This document shows positions 10,005 to 20,063 of a stretch of 39,082 nucleotides of DNA, piece after piece. Both the position numbers and the translations under genes were made by a program. The DNA is from Promethearchaeota archaeon. GTDB taxonomy: Archaea > Asgardarchaeota > Lokiarchaeia > Sigyniarchaeales > SOKP01. The notes under the pieces were generated by a model that saw nothing but the letters and a program-made list of their open reading frames with translations, was not told where the DNA came from and ran no database searches. The stretch lies in assembly GCA_018238625.1 (NCBI GenBank), contig JABCSY010000032.1, forward strand, positions 1 to 39,082, given 5' to 3'. Every line of letters begins with the position of its first letter. The stretch's first letter is position 1.

Positions 10005-10994
10005 TTAAACAACTATAATCATTTCAACTTTATTCATCAAAAACGCAATGAACCAAATAATAACAACGTTAACAAAGCTTATTGAGAAAATTATTACGCT
10101 AGAGATGTTCAATGGAATAATCTGATATATACTATAAACAATGACGATATGAATTAGATATAACATGAACGCATTTTTTCCAACAACGCTGAAAAACTTT
10201 TCTTTTTTCACAAATTCGTGCTTATTCGCCCAAACTTCGAAAATATAATACATTAGATAATAAATTAAAGAAGCAATTCCCACACTGACTATAATATAGG
10301 GCAACGAGATATAAGCCCTACTTATTCCCAAAATGAAACCAAAACCGAAGCCAAGTACCAAGCAAATTAAACCACCAAATAAGAAATAACTTTTAACTTT
10401 ATCTTTACCCTTGGTTAAAGATTCTGCTAAAAAGGAAGATAATATCATCATTGAGCCCCACGAAAGTGCCCCAAAGATTCCTCCCTCGATCGAATCGTAA
10501 ATTAATGATCTTAAATGCGTAAATAGAATAAGTTGATGGAGGATCACGATTATTACAGCAGCTGACAATTTTAAGAAGGGTTTTAACTCGATTAAGGGCA
10601 ATAACAACAAGCCTGACATCCCCAGAACTTGAAATGTTCCCCACCGAAAGTAAAACCCGTCAGGTCCTATATATATAGTTAAAAGGAAGCCAATACCAAT
10701 GAAAATTAAAAACCTGCGAATATATCTCAGTATGGCTTTTTTCCTACCAAATTTTTCCTTGCGTTTTTGGTAAGAAATATTCATATTAAGCGCTAACATA
10801 AAAACGAAAAAAGGAGCAATTAAATCCACATATGTTAGCCCAAAATCTCCAGCGTGTTTGCTCCAAGCTGGTACATTTTCGTAAATCGCTAAAGTATTGA
10901 CAAATACCATTAGAATCACGGTCAAGCCTTTGAACACATCGATACTAAGGAATCTTACCTTTAATTTATCAGAACTTTCTACCGTTTCAATCAA
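10005..10994 (-). CDS. HGSNAT-like (heparan-alpha-glucosaminide N-acetyltransferase/DUF1624 family) membrane acyltransferase
   Basis: RFLSIDVFKGLTVILMVFVN, H....GLTYVDLIAPFFVF, GTFQVLG, GKNAFMLY; multiple TM helices. Confidence 0.75.
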   Translation of the reverse strand: MIETVESSDKLKVRFLSIDVFKGLTVILMVFVNTLAIYENVPAWSKHAGDFGLTYVDLIAPFFVFMLALNMNISYQKRKEKFGRKKAILRYIRRFLIFIGIGFLLTIYIGPDGFYFRWGTFQVLGMSGLLLLPLIELKPFLKLSAAVIIVILHQLILFTHLRSLIYDSIEGGIFGALSWGSMMILSSFLAESLTKGKDKVKSYFLFGGLICLVLGFGFGFILGISRAYISLPYIIVSVGIASLIYYLMYYIFEVWANKHEFVKKEKFFSVVGKNAFMLYLIHIVIVYSIYQIIPLNISSVIIFSISFVNVVIIWFIAFLMNKVEMIIVV

Positions 10995-11100
10995 AATTTT
11001 AAAGAAATCTTATTTATTTAAAGAGTATTAGAGAAAATTTTGTAATAAGTTTTATTAACTTCAAAAAAAGAATTAAAAAAAATTAAATTTATAAATCTGA

Positions 11101-11439
11101 TTAACCCGCTTGCATTAATATCTTGAAATTACAATTAATAATTTCAAATTCTTTTGTATACATCCCAACAACCTCTTGAGCAGCCCGTTCTTTTTCTATT
11201 CTTTCGTAGAACTTATTAAAATCTTTAAGATCTTTAAATAGTAGCTGCTCTGTGTATCTATTCTTATTTTCTGAAATTTGATAAGAGAAATATTTTTTAT
11301 CTGTTATCATGGGGAAAAAGAGTTCATGACGTAAACAACCATGAGATTCATAAAATGGTTTCAATCTATTTTTGGCATAATTAAGGAAACTTTCCAGCTT
11401 TTCTTGAGGAATTTCGCATGACCATTGAACCAAAATCAT
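11101..11439 (-). CDS. Hypothetical protein, probable dimeric alpha/beta barrel (NIPSNAP/ABM-like)
   Basis: 112-aa ORF with SD-like GGTGAT; pattern IP.EKLE.F..Y....LKPFYESHG...YTE.L.F.D..DF. Confidence 0.5.
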   Translation of the reverse strand: MILVQWSCEIPQEKLESFLNYAKNRLKPFYESHGCLRHELFFPMITDKKYFSYQISENKNRYTEQLLFKDLKDFNKFYERIEKERAAQEVVGMYTKEFEIINCNFKILMQAG

Positions 11440-11586
11440 TATTTTATCACCTTCTTAGTTTAGATTTTTATTAATTTAGCAAATAATTAATATAAAAGAG
11501 AGTAATGATTTTTAAAAATACATAATTAAGATTATGTTATCTATTTGTAAAAAAAAATACCACTTTTTAGGTCTTTTATTATATTT

Positions 11587-12696
11587 TTATATTTTCCATT
11601 GACCTTCTTCGTAGATAACTTTTCCGTCGGCTATAATTTTAGAGCCTGGGGAGTTCATATCTTTCAAAAGATCCCAATGAATTGCGCTTTGGTTGGTTGA
11701 TCCCGTCTCTGATGGTCCAGCACCTACCGCACAATGCATGGTCCCGCCCATTTTCTCGTCAAATAACATGTTTTTTGTAAATTTGGTTATGCCATAGTTT
11801 GTCCCTATAGCAAATTCACCTAAAATATTAGCATTTTCGATCGCAATTATCTCTTGTAGTAACTCTTCGGCTTTGTCAGCAGTGGCTTTAACAACTTTTC
11901 CGTCTTTAAAGTCTAGACGGATATTTTCGATTTCTCTTCCACTATATATTCCAGGATAAGTAAATCTTATATGTCCGTTTACTGAATCTTCTAATGGGCT
12001 CGTAAAGACCTCTCCATCGGGTAAATTATTATGTCCACAACAATTAACCCATTTTCTACCCTTAACAGAGAGCGTTAAATCGGTGTCCTCACCTAATACG
12101 TGAATCTTATCGACTTTATTTAAGATTTCGCAGAATTTATCCTGTTTTTTCTCAATCTCCTTCCACTCTTTAACTGGATCTTCCTTATCTAATAATAAAG
12201 CCTTTTCTACAAATTCGGAGTAAGAAAACTTGTCCATATTTGCCTCTTGAGCAAAAGAATGGCATGGATAAGGAACTACCACCCAGTTCAATTCTCCTTT
12301 TGCGTATCTTTCCATGTAGATTTTCATTAATTCTTGTTTGCGTGGTGAGCCTTTAACTTTAGCGACTTTTTTTGGGTCAACTAAAGAGAGTTTACGCGTG
12401 TTATAATCCCCAAAGATGTTGATCATACAATCAAATTCTTTAGTTAATGTTAGTAAAATATCGTCAAGATATAATAGCTGTTCTTCTGATCCGTGTTTAA
12501 AAAGCAATTCTTGTGTTCCTTCTATTTGGGGGATTAATAAAGGATGTCCTCCAGCTTTAATAATCTCAGCATAGAGCGCTTGAAAGAGTTCTTGTGCTAC
12601 GATGGGTCCTGAAACGAATACTCTTTGGTCTTTTTTTACGCCCACAGCGTAATTAACTGCTAATTTTGCTATTTTTTCATAAAAAGTATTGATCAT
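11587..12696 (-). CDS. Aminopeptidase, M29 family (AmpS/AmpT-like)
   Basis: NLPDGEVFTSP, LGEFAIGTN, LFDEKMGGTMHCAVG, NQSAIHWD. Confidence 0.92.
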   Translation of the reverse strand: MINTFYEKIAKLAVNYAVGVKKDQRVFVSGPIVAQELFQALYAEIIKAGGHPLLIPQIEGTQELLFKHGSEEQLLYLDDILLTLTKEFDCMINIFGDYNTRKLSLVDPKKVAKVKGSPRKQELMKIYMERYAKGELNWVVVPYPCHSFAQEANMDKFSYSEFVEKALLLDKEDPVKEWKEIEKKQDKFCEILNKVDKIHVLGEDTDLTLSVKGRKWVNCCGHNNLPDGEVFTSPLEDSVNGHIRFTYPGIYSGREIENIRLDFKDGKVVKATADKAEELLQEIIAIENANILGEFAIGTNYGITKFTKNMLFDEKMGGTMHCAVGAGPSETGSTNQSAIHWDLLKDMNSPGSKIIADGKVIYEEGQWKI

Positions 12697-12845
12697 GCTT
12701 TAATTAATTATTGTCAAAATTTAAAGAATTTGTTCTTATTTATTAGATAGATTTAAACTAAAATGCTAAGAGAGACTTAATACTTAAGTTTAAAACCTTT
12801 TTTTTCTTTTCTTATTAATCTTTTTTTTCTTAATTATTTAAATAC

Positions 12846-14105
12846 TCAATAATACGTATCTGGAATCGAATTAACTTGTGGAAAGAGTATTTTAATTAAA
12901 TTTTTTGACGAGGGATTTACTCTCGCATCTTTAACGATATGATTTATTTCGTCTATGGTTTTATCGCCAAGAAGTAATTTTAATAACATTGCTCCTGGTA
13001 TTCTGACATCGCATTTCTCGACTTCAGGATAACCGCTCTTTCTCTTGATAGCTTCAATTATACCGTTATTAAATATTAACTCGATTGATTGCTTATAGTC
13101 GCTGATAATTACCGTTTTGGATAAATTATTAAATTTTGATTTTTCAATTCTATTTTCAAGGACAACCTTGATCGATTCAAAAAACCGCTTAAGATCTGGT
13201 ATTTTTAGCTGCCAACCATAATTTGATTGTAATTTTCCTCCTATAGAAAGAATATATTTCCCAAATTCAGAAAATTCGGCGATGTTCAGGTTCAAATCTT
13301 TTTCTTCTTTAGGATTCTCATTTATATGTTGCAAGAGTTTTATCATCTGAGGAGGGGATAATTGTGGAGTAATGATAGTATAAACTTCGTTATCGAAAGA
13401 CTTTCCAATTAAGAAATAACCTTCTGGTTTTCCGTTTTCTTCTATAATATACGCCGATAATTTGCTATCATCGTAAGAATCGTTCATAAATTTGAAGTAA
13501 AAGCTCTCTGTATCAAAATTGTTAGAGATTAAGAAGCTATTGCTATTTGAATTATATTGATTTTCGATATAACCTATATCTTTACGCGAAGCCATCCTAA
13601 TATCTAGGTGACTTAACTCCATAGATGGTATTTGATTTGGCGAAAGTGAAAATCTTTCGTCTAAAGATAATACAAATTCGTACCCAAATCGTCTGTAATA
13701 GTAAGGAATTCCTCTGAGACCGGATAAAAGATAACCCCGTTCCATCATAACTCGTTCGTAGAATTCATTCAATTTACTCATTATTCCCTTTCCACGATAT
13801 TCCTTTAAAGTACCTACAAAACCCATCTCACAAACGGGTAATAATTTCCCTTCAAATCGCCATTCAAGCGGTAATAACGTTAGCGAAGAGATAATTTGAC
13901 CCGTACTATTATCTTCAATATAAAACCATAGTATATCTTGTTTTTTAGGATGTTCTTTGAATATTCTTTCAATGTATTCTTTAATCTCTTCTCCGTGAAC
14001 TGCAACATTAAGCTCTAGAATTTTAATATAATCTTCGTTGCTGTCATTAGATATCCGTAAAGAAAATTGCTCATCAAGTTTAGTAAAAAATCCTTTTTCA
14101 ATCAT
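12846..14105 (-). CDS. GNAT acetyltransferase, Eis-like
   Basis: VGTLKEYRGKGIM acetyl-CoA motif, GIPYYYRRFGYE; C-terminal SCP2-like region. Confidence 0.8.
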   Translation of the reverse strand: MIEKGFFTKLDEQFSLRISNDSNEDYIKILELNVAVHGEEIKEYIERIFKEHPKKQDILWFYIEDNSTGQIISSLTLLPLEWRFEGKLLPVCEMGFVGTLKEYRGKGIMSKLNEFYERVMMERGYLLSGLRGIPYYYRRFGYEFVLSLDERFSLSPNQIPSMELSHLDIRMASRKDIGYIENQYNSNSNSFLISNNFDTESFYFKFMNDSYDDSKLSAYIIEENGKPEGYFLIGKSFDNEVYTIITPQLSPPQMIKLLQHINENPKEEKDLNLNIAEFSEFGKYILSIGGKLQSNYGWQLKIPDLKRFFESIKVVLENRIEKSKFNNLSKTVIISDYKQSIELIFNNGIIEAIKRKSGYPEVEKCDVRIPGAMLLKLLLGDKTIDEINHIVKDARVNPSSKNLIKILFPQVNSIPDTYY

Positions 14106-14331
14106 TACATTGTTTAAAATCTAAGAAGATATTTCAATATTTTTACATAATTGTTGATTGCAACGAATTTGCAAGAAAGATTAAAATAGATAAAGGTCTC
14201 AAATAATAATTATAAAAACAAATTGACACTTTAATTATGACTACATCAAGTAAAGAAGGAAAAGTTCGCATCGAGGGTAGTAAGAGGTATTACAAAGACG
14301 CATGGATGGAAAAGAAAGATAAACTTTACAT

Positions 14332-14406
14332 TCTGCATTACGTGAGAAAGTTGAAAATTTAATTCAGTTTCCGAGAATAGGAAGAATAGTGCCCGAGCTC
14401 GATTAG
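14332..14406 (+). pseudogene. Remnant of a RelE/ParE-family toxin gene
   Basis: Reads SALREKVENLIQFPRIGRIVPELD*, with the L..FP..GR.VPE signature; an upstream in-frame stop and no start; C-terminal half missing. Confidence 0.5.
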
Positions 14407-14455
14407 TTTTCTAAAAAAATCAATTTAAGAAAATTCTTTACATAAAAGAATAGAC

Positions 14456-15898
14456 TTAACCTTTATCAGAGAATGTGTGTTTTTGAAGATACCAATCTTT
14501 TAAGCTCTCGAATTCAAACCTGCTTACGAGTGGAAGGTCGCCTTTAGCATCGAGATTTATTTTTTCAAAAGCATCATCGCATATTTCTGGATTTTCGTTA
14601 GCAATATTTATATTCCACTCAGGATCGTTCTTCAAGTCGTATAATTTTTGATGTTTTCTGTTATTAGAAGTAATTAACGCGTAATTATCGTCCTTGTACA
14701 ACGTACACACATCAAATCCACATGTAATATAATTCCGTCCATCTAAATTCTGATCTTCCTCATCAACAAAAATAGATAAATCAATGCCTTCTAATGCTTT
14801 AGGTTTATCTTTATTTAAAAACCCAAAAATGGTTGGTAATATGTCGAAATTATACACGTAAGGTTTCCTAATTCTTTTTGGACCATTAATTCCTCCTGGA
14901 GGCTTAATCATAAAAGGAAGGTCTACTAATTCAGGATACATAAACATGGGAAGCTTTCCCGTCGCATTGTGTTCGCCTATACTGTGTCCATGGTCGCTAA
15001 TAAAAATTATCAAAGAATCGTCGTAAACTTCTAATTCCTTTAACTCGTTAACGAAATAGCCGAACCAATTATCGCATAAAGAAACCTCTCCCGCGTAACT
15101 AGCCCTCATGAATTTTAACTCTTCATCGGTTAGATAATCAACGCTTTCCATATAAGCAGGGGTTATCATTTTTATCCCTGTATAACCTTTTTCTACATAC
15201 AAATCAAGATATTTTTGTGGAGGGTCCCAAGGTTCGTGAGGGTCGAACTCATCAATAAGACAAAAAACCTTTTTTAAATCTAAAGTGTCTTTAACGAATT
15301 CAATTGCCTTTTTAAATGTTTTAGCTGGGAAATAATCCTCTTCTGACTTACGCTCTTTAACGTTAGAGAAATGCGCTTTCAATACTCTTTTTTGCAGTAA
15401 TTTTATTACGGCGTTTTTTTTTACGATATGCAATTTAAGTAATTGTTTCATTTCAGCTTTACCGTTCCTCATTCTAACTCTATATTTGTCGTCTTCATGA
15501 CCTCTTATCCAATTCCATTGGTCATATCCTAAATGAAAATTCATGTTTGGTTTAAACTGATGATAAGTACTTGTGATAAAAGATGTTAAAAAAGCCTCGC
15601 TCTTTAAATATTCGGATAAATGCCTGTGATGTGGCGGTATAGGGTCCCATCCGTTTAAATGAACGATATCGTCTGTGCGTAATTCTGGTCTCTTATGGTT
15701 AAATGGAAAAGTTCTTATGCCGGTATGTATAGCTCTACGAACAGGAATGGTCGCTAGCGATTCAGGATATGCCTTATCAAATACAATGCAATCTTTCGCA
15801 AATGAGTCCACCGAAGGTGTTTTTATCCAATCGTTCCCATAGGTCTGCCCTGTGTGATCTTTTCTTAAAGTATCAAAAATAACTACAAAAATTCTCAT
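14456..15898 (-). CDS. Sulfatase-like hydrolase (alkaline phosphatase superfamily), Thr at the nucleophile position
   Basis: IFDTLRKDH, TIPVRRAIHTG, DPHEPWDPP, SDHG, LYDLKNDP.W..N. Confidence 0.85.
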   Translation of the reverse strand: MRIFVVIFDTLRKDHTGQTYGNDWIKTPSVDSFAKDCIVFDKAYPESLATIPVRRAIHTGIRTFPFNHKRPELRTDDIVHLNGWDPIPPHHRHLSEYLKSEAFLTSFITSTYHQFKPNMNFHLGYDQWNWIRGHEDDKYRVRMRNGKAEMKQLLKLHIVKKNAVIKLLQKRVLKAHFSNVKERKSEEDYFPAKTFKKAIEFVKDTLDLKKVFCLIDEFDPHEPWDPPQKYLDLYVEKGYTGIKMITPAYMESVDYLTDEELKFMRASYAGEVSLCDNWFGYFVNELKELEVYDDSLIIFISDHGHSIGEHNATGKLPMFMYPELVDLPFMIKPPGGINGPKRIRKPYVYNFDILPTIFGFLNKDKPKALEGIDLSIFVDEEDQNLDGRNYITCGFDVCTLYKDDNYALITSNNRKHQKLYDLKNDPEWNINIANENPEICDDAFEKINLDAKGDLPLVSRFEFESLKDWYLQKHTFSDKG

Positions 15899-15920
15899 AT
15901 TTTAGAAAATTAACAATCAT

Positions 15921-17471
15921 TTATATATAAAATCTATGAGAAGAATTAATAAGTGCGTTAATTGCAGATTCGGGGATGTAATAATCGTTGAACAAATAAA
16001 CTTGATAAATGTAATCAAATATATAGAGAATATCGGCATAGTACACTTGAGCGTAGAATATTAAGCGATAATTACTTAGAAAACGACTATCTGCTTTAAT
16101 ATAGTCAAAATATTCGTCGTTTAAAATAAGAAATGTAATATTTTGTTCTAATATGTAATCGGCATCCGTGGGGTTATTATAGACGTGCAAATCTTGTAAA
16201 CTATATGGGTAAATGTCTATAGTGCGTATGTTGGAATAAAAAGGTAATGCGCCCACATCCCACACAGCAAGAGAAGCGTTTTCTGATGTATTCTCGTTAA
16301 TCCATTTTCCTAACGTAATGTTGCAATCTCTTAACCCAGTTCCATACGCATTAACGAATGGATAAAAAGTAAATACCAGTAAAACATTTGATATGCAAAT
16401 CACCAAAATTGTAATTTTCTTAATGTTCTTCCATAACTCAATATCATTTCTATAATTTCTACCTAAAATTGTTAAAAAATTAAGCGATTTTGGTAATAGA
16501 AGATAAATTAAAGGTATTATAGGGACAGTAAATCGAAATCCGGGCATCCAACTTGTTATTAACAATAATAGAATAGATAAAATTAGAATTAACAATGCTA
16601 AATACAATTTTTCCTCGTTTTTAAACCGAAGTTTTGAGTTTTTAAGAAAATTGCCACCAATTAAGAGAAAAACCGGTACAAATAATAGGATTAAAGGGAT
16701 ATAAAAACCTAAACGCCCTAAGAACAAACCGAGACTAAAAACACCTTGTTTGGCCGAAAAAGTATGAGGTAAAATATTGTTATAGTAAGAAACTCTCCAA
16801 AAGAAATACGGAGCGTAAATAATCGCAAAAAGACCAGTAAAATAAAGTAATTGACATAATTTTTGTAGCTTGGAGACCTTCTTATTTTTAAATAGTAGGC
16901 ACGTAAAAAAAAGCCAAGTTAGGCCAAAAACTATTAACCCTTCGTGGCGAGTTAGGCTTAGCAGAACGAAAAAGAGGGGAGAAATTTTGATTGGATTATT
17001 TTTCCGTTTACTTATATCAATAATAAAAAAGTATACAGAGATTAATAATAGAAAGGAGAACAACGAGGTTTCTAACCCTCCGACCGACCAGAGAGCAATG
17101 TTAGGAGTTAATACGTAAAAAACGATAATAAAATTGCTAAATTTCTCAGATTTATTAAGTAAAAAAGCTAATTTGTAAAGAATAAAGACGCTCAAATGAC
17201 AAAAAATCATTCCAGAAAGTTTGGAAAAAACTATTGGGTCTATATTTAAAGGAAAGCTTACTGTCATCAATAAAACCCATAAGAAATTGGAATAACCTTC
17301 TACGGGAATCTCACCTATGTTGAAAACCATTTGTTGATGAAAGTAGAGATTTTTAGCGTATCTAAACGTAATAAACGCATCATCAATAATGAAATTCCAA
17401 AATAAAAGCTGAAACAATAATAAAATTAAATGGGAACTGATTTGAAAATAAGTAGTCTTACTTAGATTCAT
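15921..17471 (-). CDS. GT-C-fold membrane glycosyltransferase-like protein
   Basis: DDAFITFRYAKNL, N.GE.PVEGYSNFLW, GLET, TRHEG, D.GALPFYS; many TM helices. Confidence 0.7.
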   Translation of the reverse strand: MNLSKTTYFQISSHLILLLFQLLFWNFIIDDAFITFRYAKNLYFHQQMVFNIGEIPVEGYSNFLWVLLMTVSFPLNIDPIVFSKLSGMIFCHLSVFILYKLAFLLNKSEKFSNFIIVFYVLTPNIALWSVGGLETSLFSFLLLISVYFFIIDISKRKNNPIKISPLFFVLLSLTRHEGLIVFGLTWLFFTCLLFKNKKVSKLQKLCQLLYFTGLFAIIYAPYFFWRVSYYNNILPHTFSAKQGVFSLGLFLGRLGFYIPLILLFVPVFLLIGGNFLKNSKLRFKNEEKLYLALLILILSILLLLITSWMPGFRFTVPIIPLIYLLLPKSLNFLTILGRNYRNDIELWKNIKKITILVICISNVLLVFTFYPFVNAYGTGLRDCNITLGKWINENTSENASLAVWDVGALPFYSNIRTIDIYPYSLQDLHVYNNPTDADYILEQNITFLILNDEYFDYIKADSRFLSNYRLIFYAQVYYADILYIFDYIYQVYLFNDYYIPESAINALINSSHRFYI

Positions 17472-17535
17472 ATTAAATTTTAATTACAGCTCTATAATTA
17501 AATTTTGTTTTAATTTTTTGGAAGCAAAGCAATAA

Positions 17536-18813
17536 TTATCGATTGCTAAACAATATTCTGAAAACTAATATTGTAATTGAAGTATATGTAAGTAGGATTA
17601 TTATTGAAATTGTAATAAAGCTAATTAAAATTCCGACAATAACATAATTCTCAATATTTTTATTACGTGCTTTATTTTTTGTTCTGATCTTGATATAAGT
17701 AAAAAACAAGAATACTGCCCCCATTAATATTGAAATAATACAATTAAGATACACGACGCTTTTTAAGTATGACAGCCCATATCTCCAAACAATTACGCCG
17801 TTCGGGTTAATTTCGTAAACAACGCCCCCTATCCCGTTACCTACCAATACATTTCCATTTTCTAGCAAATCTGCTTCGTAAGGATTTATTAAATCTCCTT
17901 TGTATTCCCACACTATTTCTTTAGATTCTTTATTGATCTTAATAACTCTACTATTTAACGAATCTGTTATTAAAAGATTACCATCTGGCATCTCATCTGC
18001 ATCCCTTGGCCAATCTAAACCTCCTTGGTAAACCCATTCCACTTTTTTAGTAGTGTAATTAACCTCAATTATTCTATTATTTTCTGAATCTGAGATAATT
18101 ATATTTCCGTTGCTTAAATAATCGGGATTGTGTTGTCTATATAACAAAGAATGATTGCCATAATCCCCATAGTACCAAACTATATTATCAGGATTATTTG
18201 ATGGTCCATTTTTTTCTGCGGTATAATTTACTTCAACGATCATATCAAAATTTCGCATTGAAATTAAACAAGCGTTCCACGTACCACGCTGTTTAAAATC
18301 AACGTCATTTAAATGAGCCCAGTCAAAAACGAGAGGTTGGTCATAATAATGCCCTGAACCCCAATTTGAATTAACTTTAGTCCAATTAATAAGTTCTGGC
18401 TTCCACTCCCATACAATGTTTTTATTTGGATAGTCTACTTCTATTACCCTATCGTAGCCCGTATCAGCTATTAACAAATGCCCGTTAGCTAATTCGACTA
18501 TCTCATGAGGTTGGGCAAAACCAATCATTTCCCATACTTTATTACCGTTTCGATCTACTTCGAAAATTTTGTGGTCGGTGCTATTAGGTTCCACAGGAAT
18601 GTGATTTGCCATTCTGTTTTGATAATTTAAAATCTCTTGAAAACTAAAAGAACAAATTATAGTGTTCCCGTTGGATTTTCTATCCACATCTAGATACGCT
18701 GGCATCATGTTTGAATCGATAAAAATGGAATATAAGGTTACATTTGAAATTAAAAATAATGCTAAAAAAGAAAGTAAGGCTATTCGATTTCGGTTTAAGA
18801 AGCGTGTAATCAT
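17536..18813 (-). CDS. Arylsulfotransferase (ASST)-like beta-propeller, membrane anchored
   Basis: N-terminal signal/TM; DWAHLNDVD, QHNPD, WPRDAD motifs; propeller repeats; two C-terminal TMs. Confidence 0.75.
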   Translation of the reverse strand: MITRFLNRNRIALLSFLALFLISNVTLYSIFIDSNMMPAYLDVDRKSNGNTIICSFSFQEILNYQNRMANHIPVEPNSTDHKIFEVDRNGNKVWEMIGFAQPHEIVELANGHLLIADTGYDRVIEVDYPNKNIVWEWKPELINWTKVNSNWGSGHYYDQPLVFDWAHLNDVDFKQRGTWNACLISMRNFDMIVEVNYTAEKNGPSNNPDNIVWYYGDYGNHSLLYRQHNPDYLSNGNIIISDSENNRIIEVNYTTKKVEWVYQGGLDWPRDADEMPDGNLLITDSLNSRVIKINKESKEIVWEYKGDLINPYEADLLENGNVLVGNGIGGVVYEINPNGVIVWRYGLSYLKSVVYLNCIISILMGAVFLFFTYIKIRTKNKARNKNIENYVIVGILISFITISIIILLTYTSITILVFRILFSNR

Positions 18814-19080
18814 ATTAATAGACTAATATTTTTATTAATATAACTATTACTGATTAAAAACTTTAAGATTTTAGAATAATTTTGTCGTGTTACTTTATTG
18901 TTAATAAAACTTACGTTAAATTTTTGTTCAGATGAAATATATATATCGAAATATAATTAAAGGAATGGGTTATTTCGGGGAAAATGTATATCTTTAAATA
19001 AAAGGGCGAATATGTTAATTACAACAAATTTAAAAAATTTGTTTAACACAAACAAAAAAAATTAAATGAGGAAAAAATAA

Positions 19081-19296
19081 ATGCTATTTATGACTTACGA
19101 CCCAACTGGAATGCTTGGGGGGCTATTGATTATTTACGTTGTTGTACTCGTAGTCGCGTTAATTATCAGTTTAGCTTTAGCAATTTGGGTATATAAAGAT
19201 GCCAAAAAGAGAGACATGAATGCAGCTGTATGGTTACTTATCGTTTTAGTAACTGGCTGTCTTGGATGTATTATCTATTTGGTTGTTAGAGATTAA
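19081..19296 (+). CDS. Small membrane protein, PLDc N-terminal-like domain
   Basis: WVYKDAKKRDMNAAVWLLIVL..G.LG.IIYLVVR; GAGG SD upstream; T-tract downstream. Confidence 0.7.
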   Translation: MLFMTYDPTGMLGGLLIIYVVVLVVALIISLALAIWVYKDAKKRDMNAAVWLLIVLVTGCLGCIIYLVVRD

Positions 19297-19410
19297 TTTA
19301 GAAATATTTAGAAATATTTATCTTAAAATCAACTATTTTTTTTATTTTTTTATAAACAAAAACACTTAAAATTATTTTAAATATCAAAATTTGAGGTTTC
19401 TCCTTCAATC

Positions 19411-19986
19411 ATGGTAAAATTTTTTAAAAAAATTAGGAAAAAGATTTCTCGTTTTAGCTTACTTGTTTCTGATTTCAAACCTATACTACTATCGCATCAC
19501 CCAAATTGCGACCATTTTTCTAACCATGTTTACCATATAGGAAAATATAGGTTTTGTATTGGTTGTTTTACGCTTTATCCTTTCATATTAATAACAATTA
19601 TTCTTACTTTATTATTCGTCGAATTAAATACCTACAATTTAGTGTTGTTGTATCTAATATCTTTTGCTTTTTTTGCTCCAATTATCCTGAATATTGTAGG
19701 CTTAACAAAATATAAGTTTTTAAAAATTTTCTCAAAAGCTTCTAACGGTATAGGATTAGGATTTCATGTCGTTTCAGTAATTTTCATACCCCTTCCAATA
19801 ATACTTAAAATTCTTGTTTTGTTAGAAATTAATTTTCTTATAGGGGTCATTGCATATATCAGATCAAATCATATAAAAAAAGAGTGTTTAAATTGCGATT
19901 ATGAAGGCGATTGGGATAATTGTCCCGCGTGGAAACCAATTAGAGATAAATTATACGAGCACGGATTCAGAAAAAGGAAAAAATAA
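19411..19986 (+). CDS. His/Cys-rich 4-TM membrane protein (DUF2085-like), paralog 1
   Basis: LSHHPNC..F..H....GKY.FCIGCF, four TMs, C-terminal CLNC......WDNC. Confidence 0.7.
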   Translation: MVKFFKKIRKKISRFSLLVSDFKPILLSHHPNCDHFSNHVYHIGKYRFCIGCFTLYPFILITIILTLLFVELNTYNLVLLYLISFAFFAPIILNIVGLTKYKFLKIFSKASNGIGLGFHVVSVIFIPLPIILKILVLLEINFLIGVIAYIRSNHIKKECLNCDYEGDWDNCPAWKPIRDKLYEHGFRKRKK

Positions 19987-20063
19987 AAGTTTTAAAATAG
20001 CTATTACTTAAAAATATTGGATATTCAATTAAAAGTTAATACTATTTTTGGGAAGAAATTATC

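Noticed and set aside
4891-10644. ORFs inside the receiver, kinase, reductase and acyltransferase genes
   Set aside because: Antisense or alternative-frame shadows with no independent support
19296-19320. ATTTAGAAAT tandem repeat, and (ATT)n near 20973-20993
   Set aside because: Low-complexity slippage repeats in AT-rich spacers
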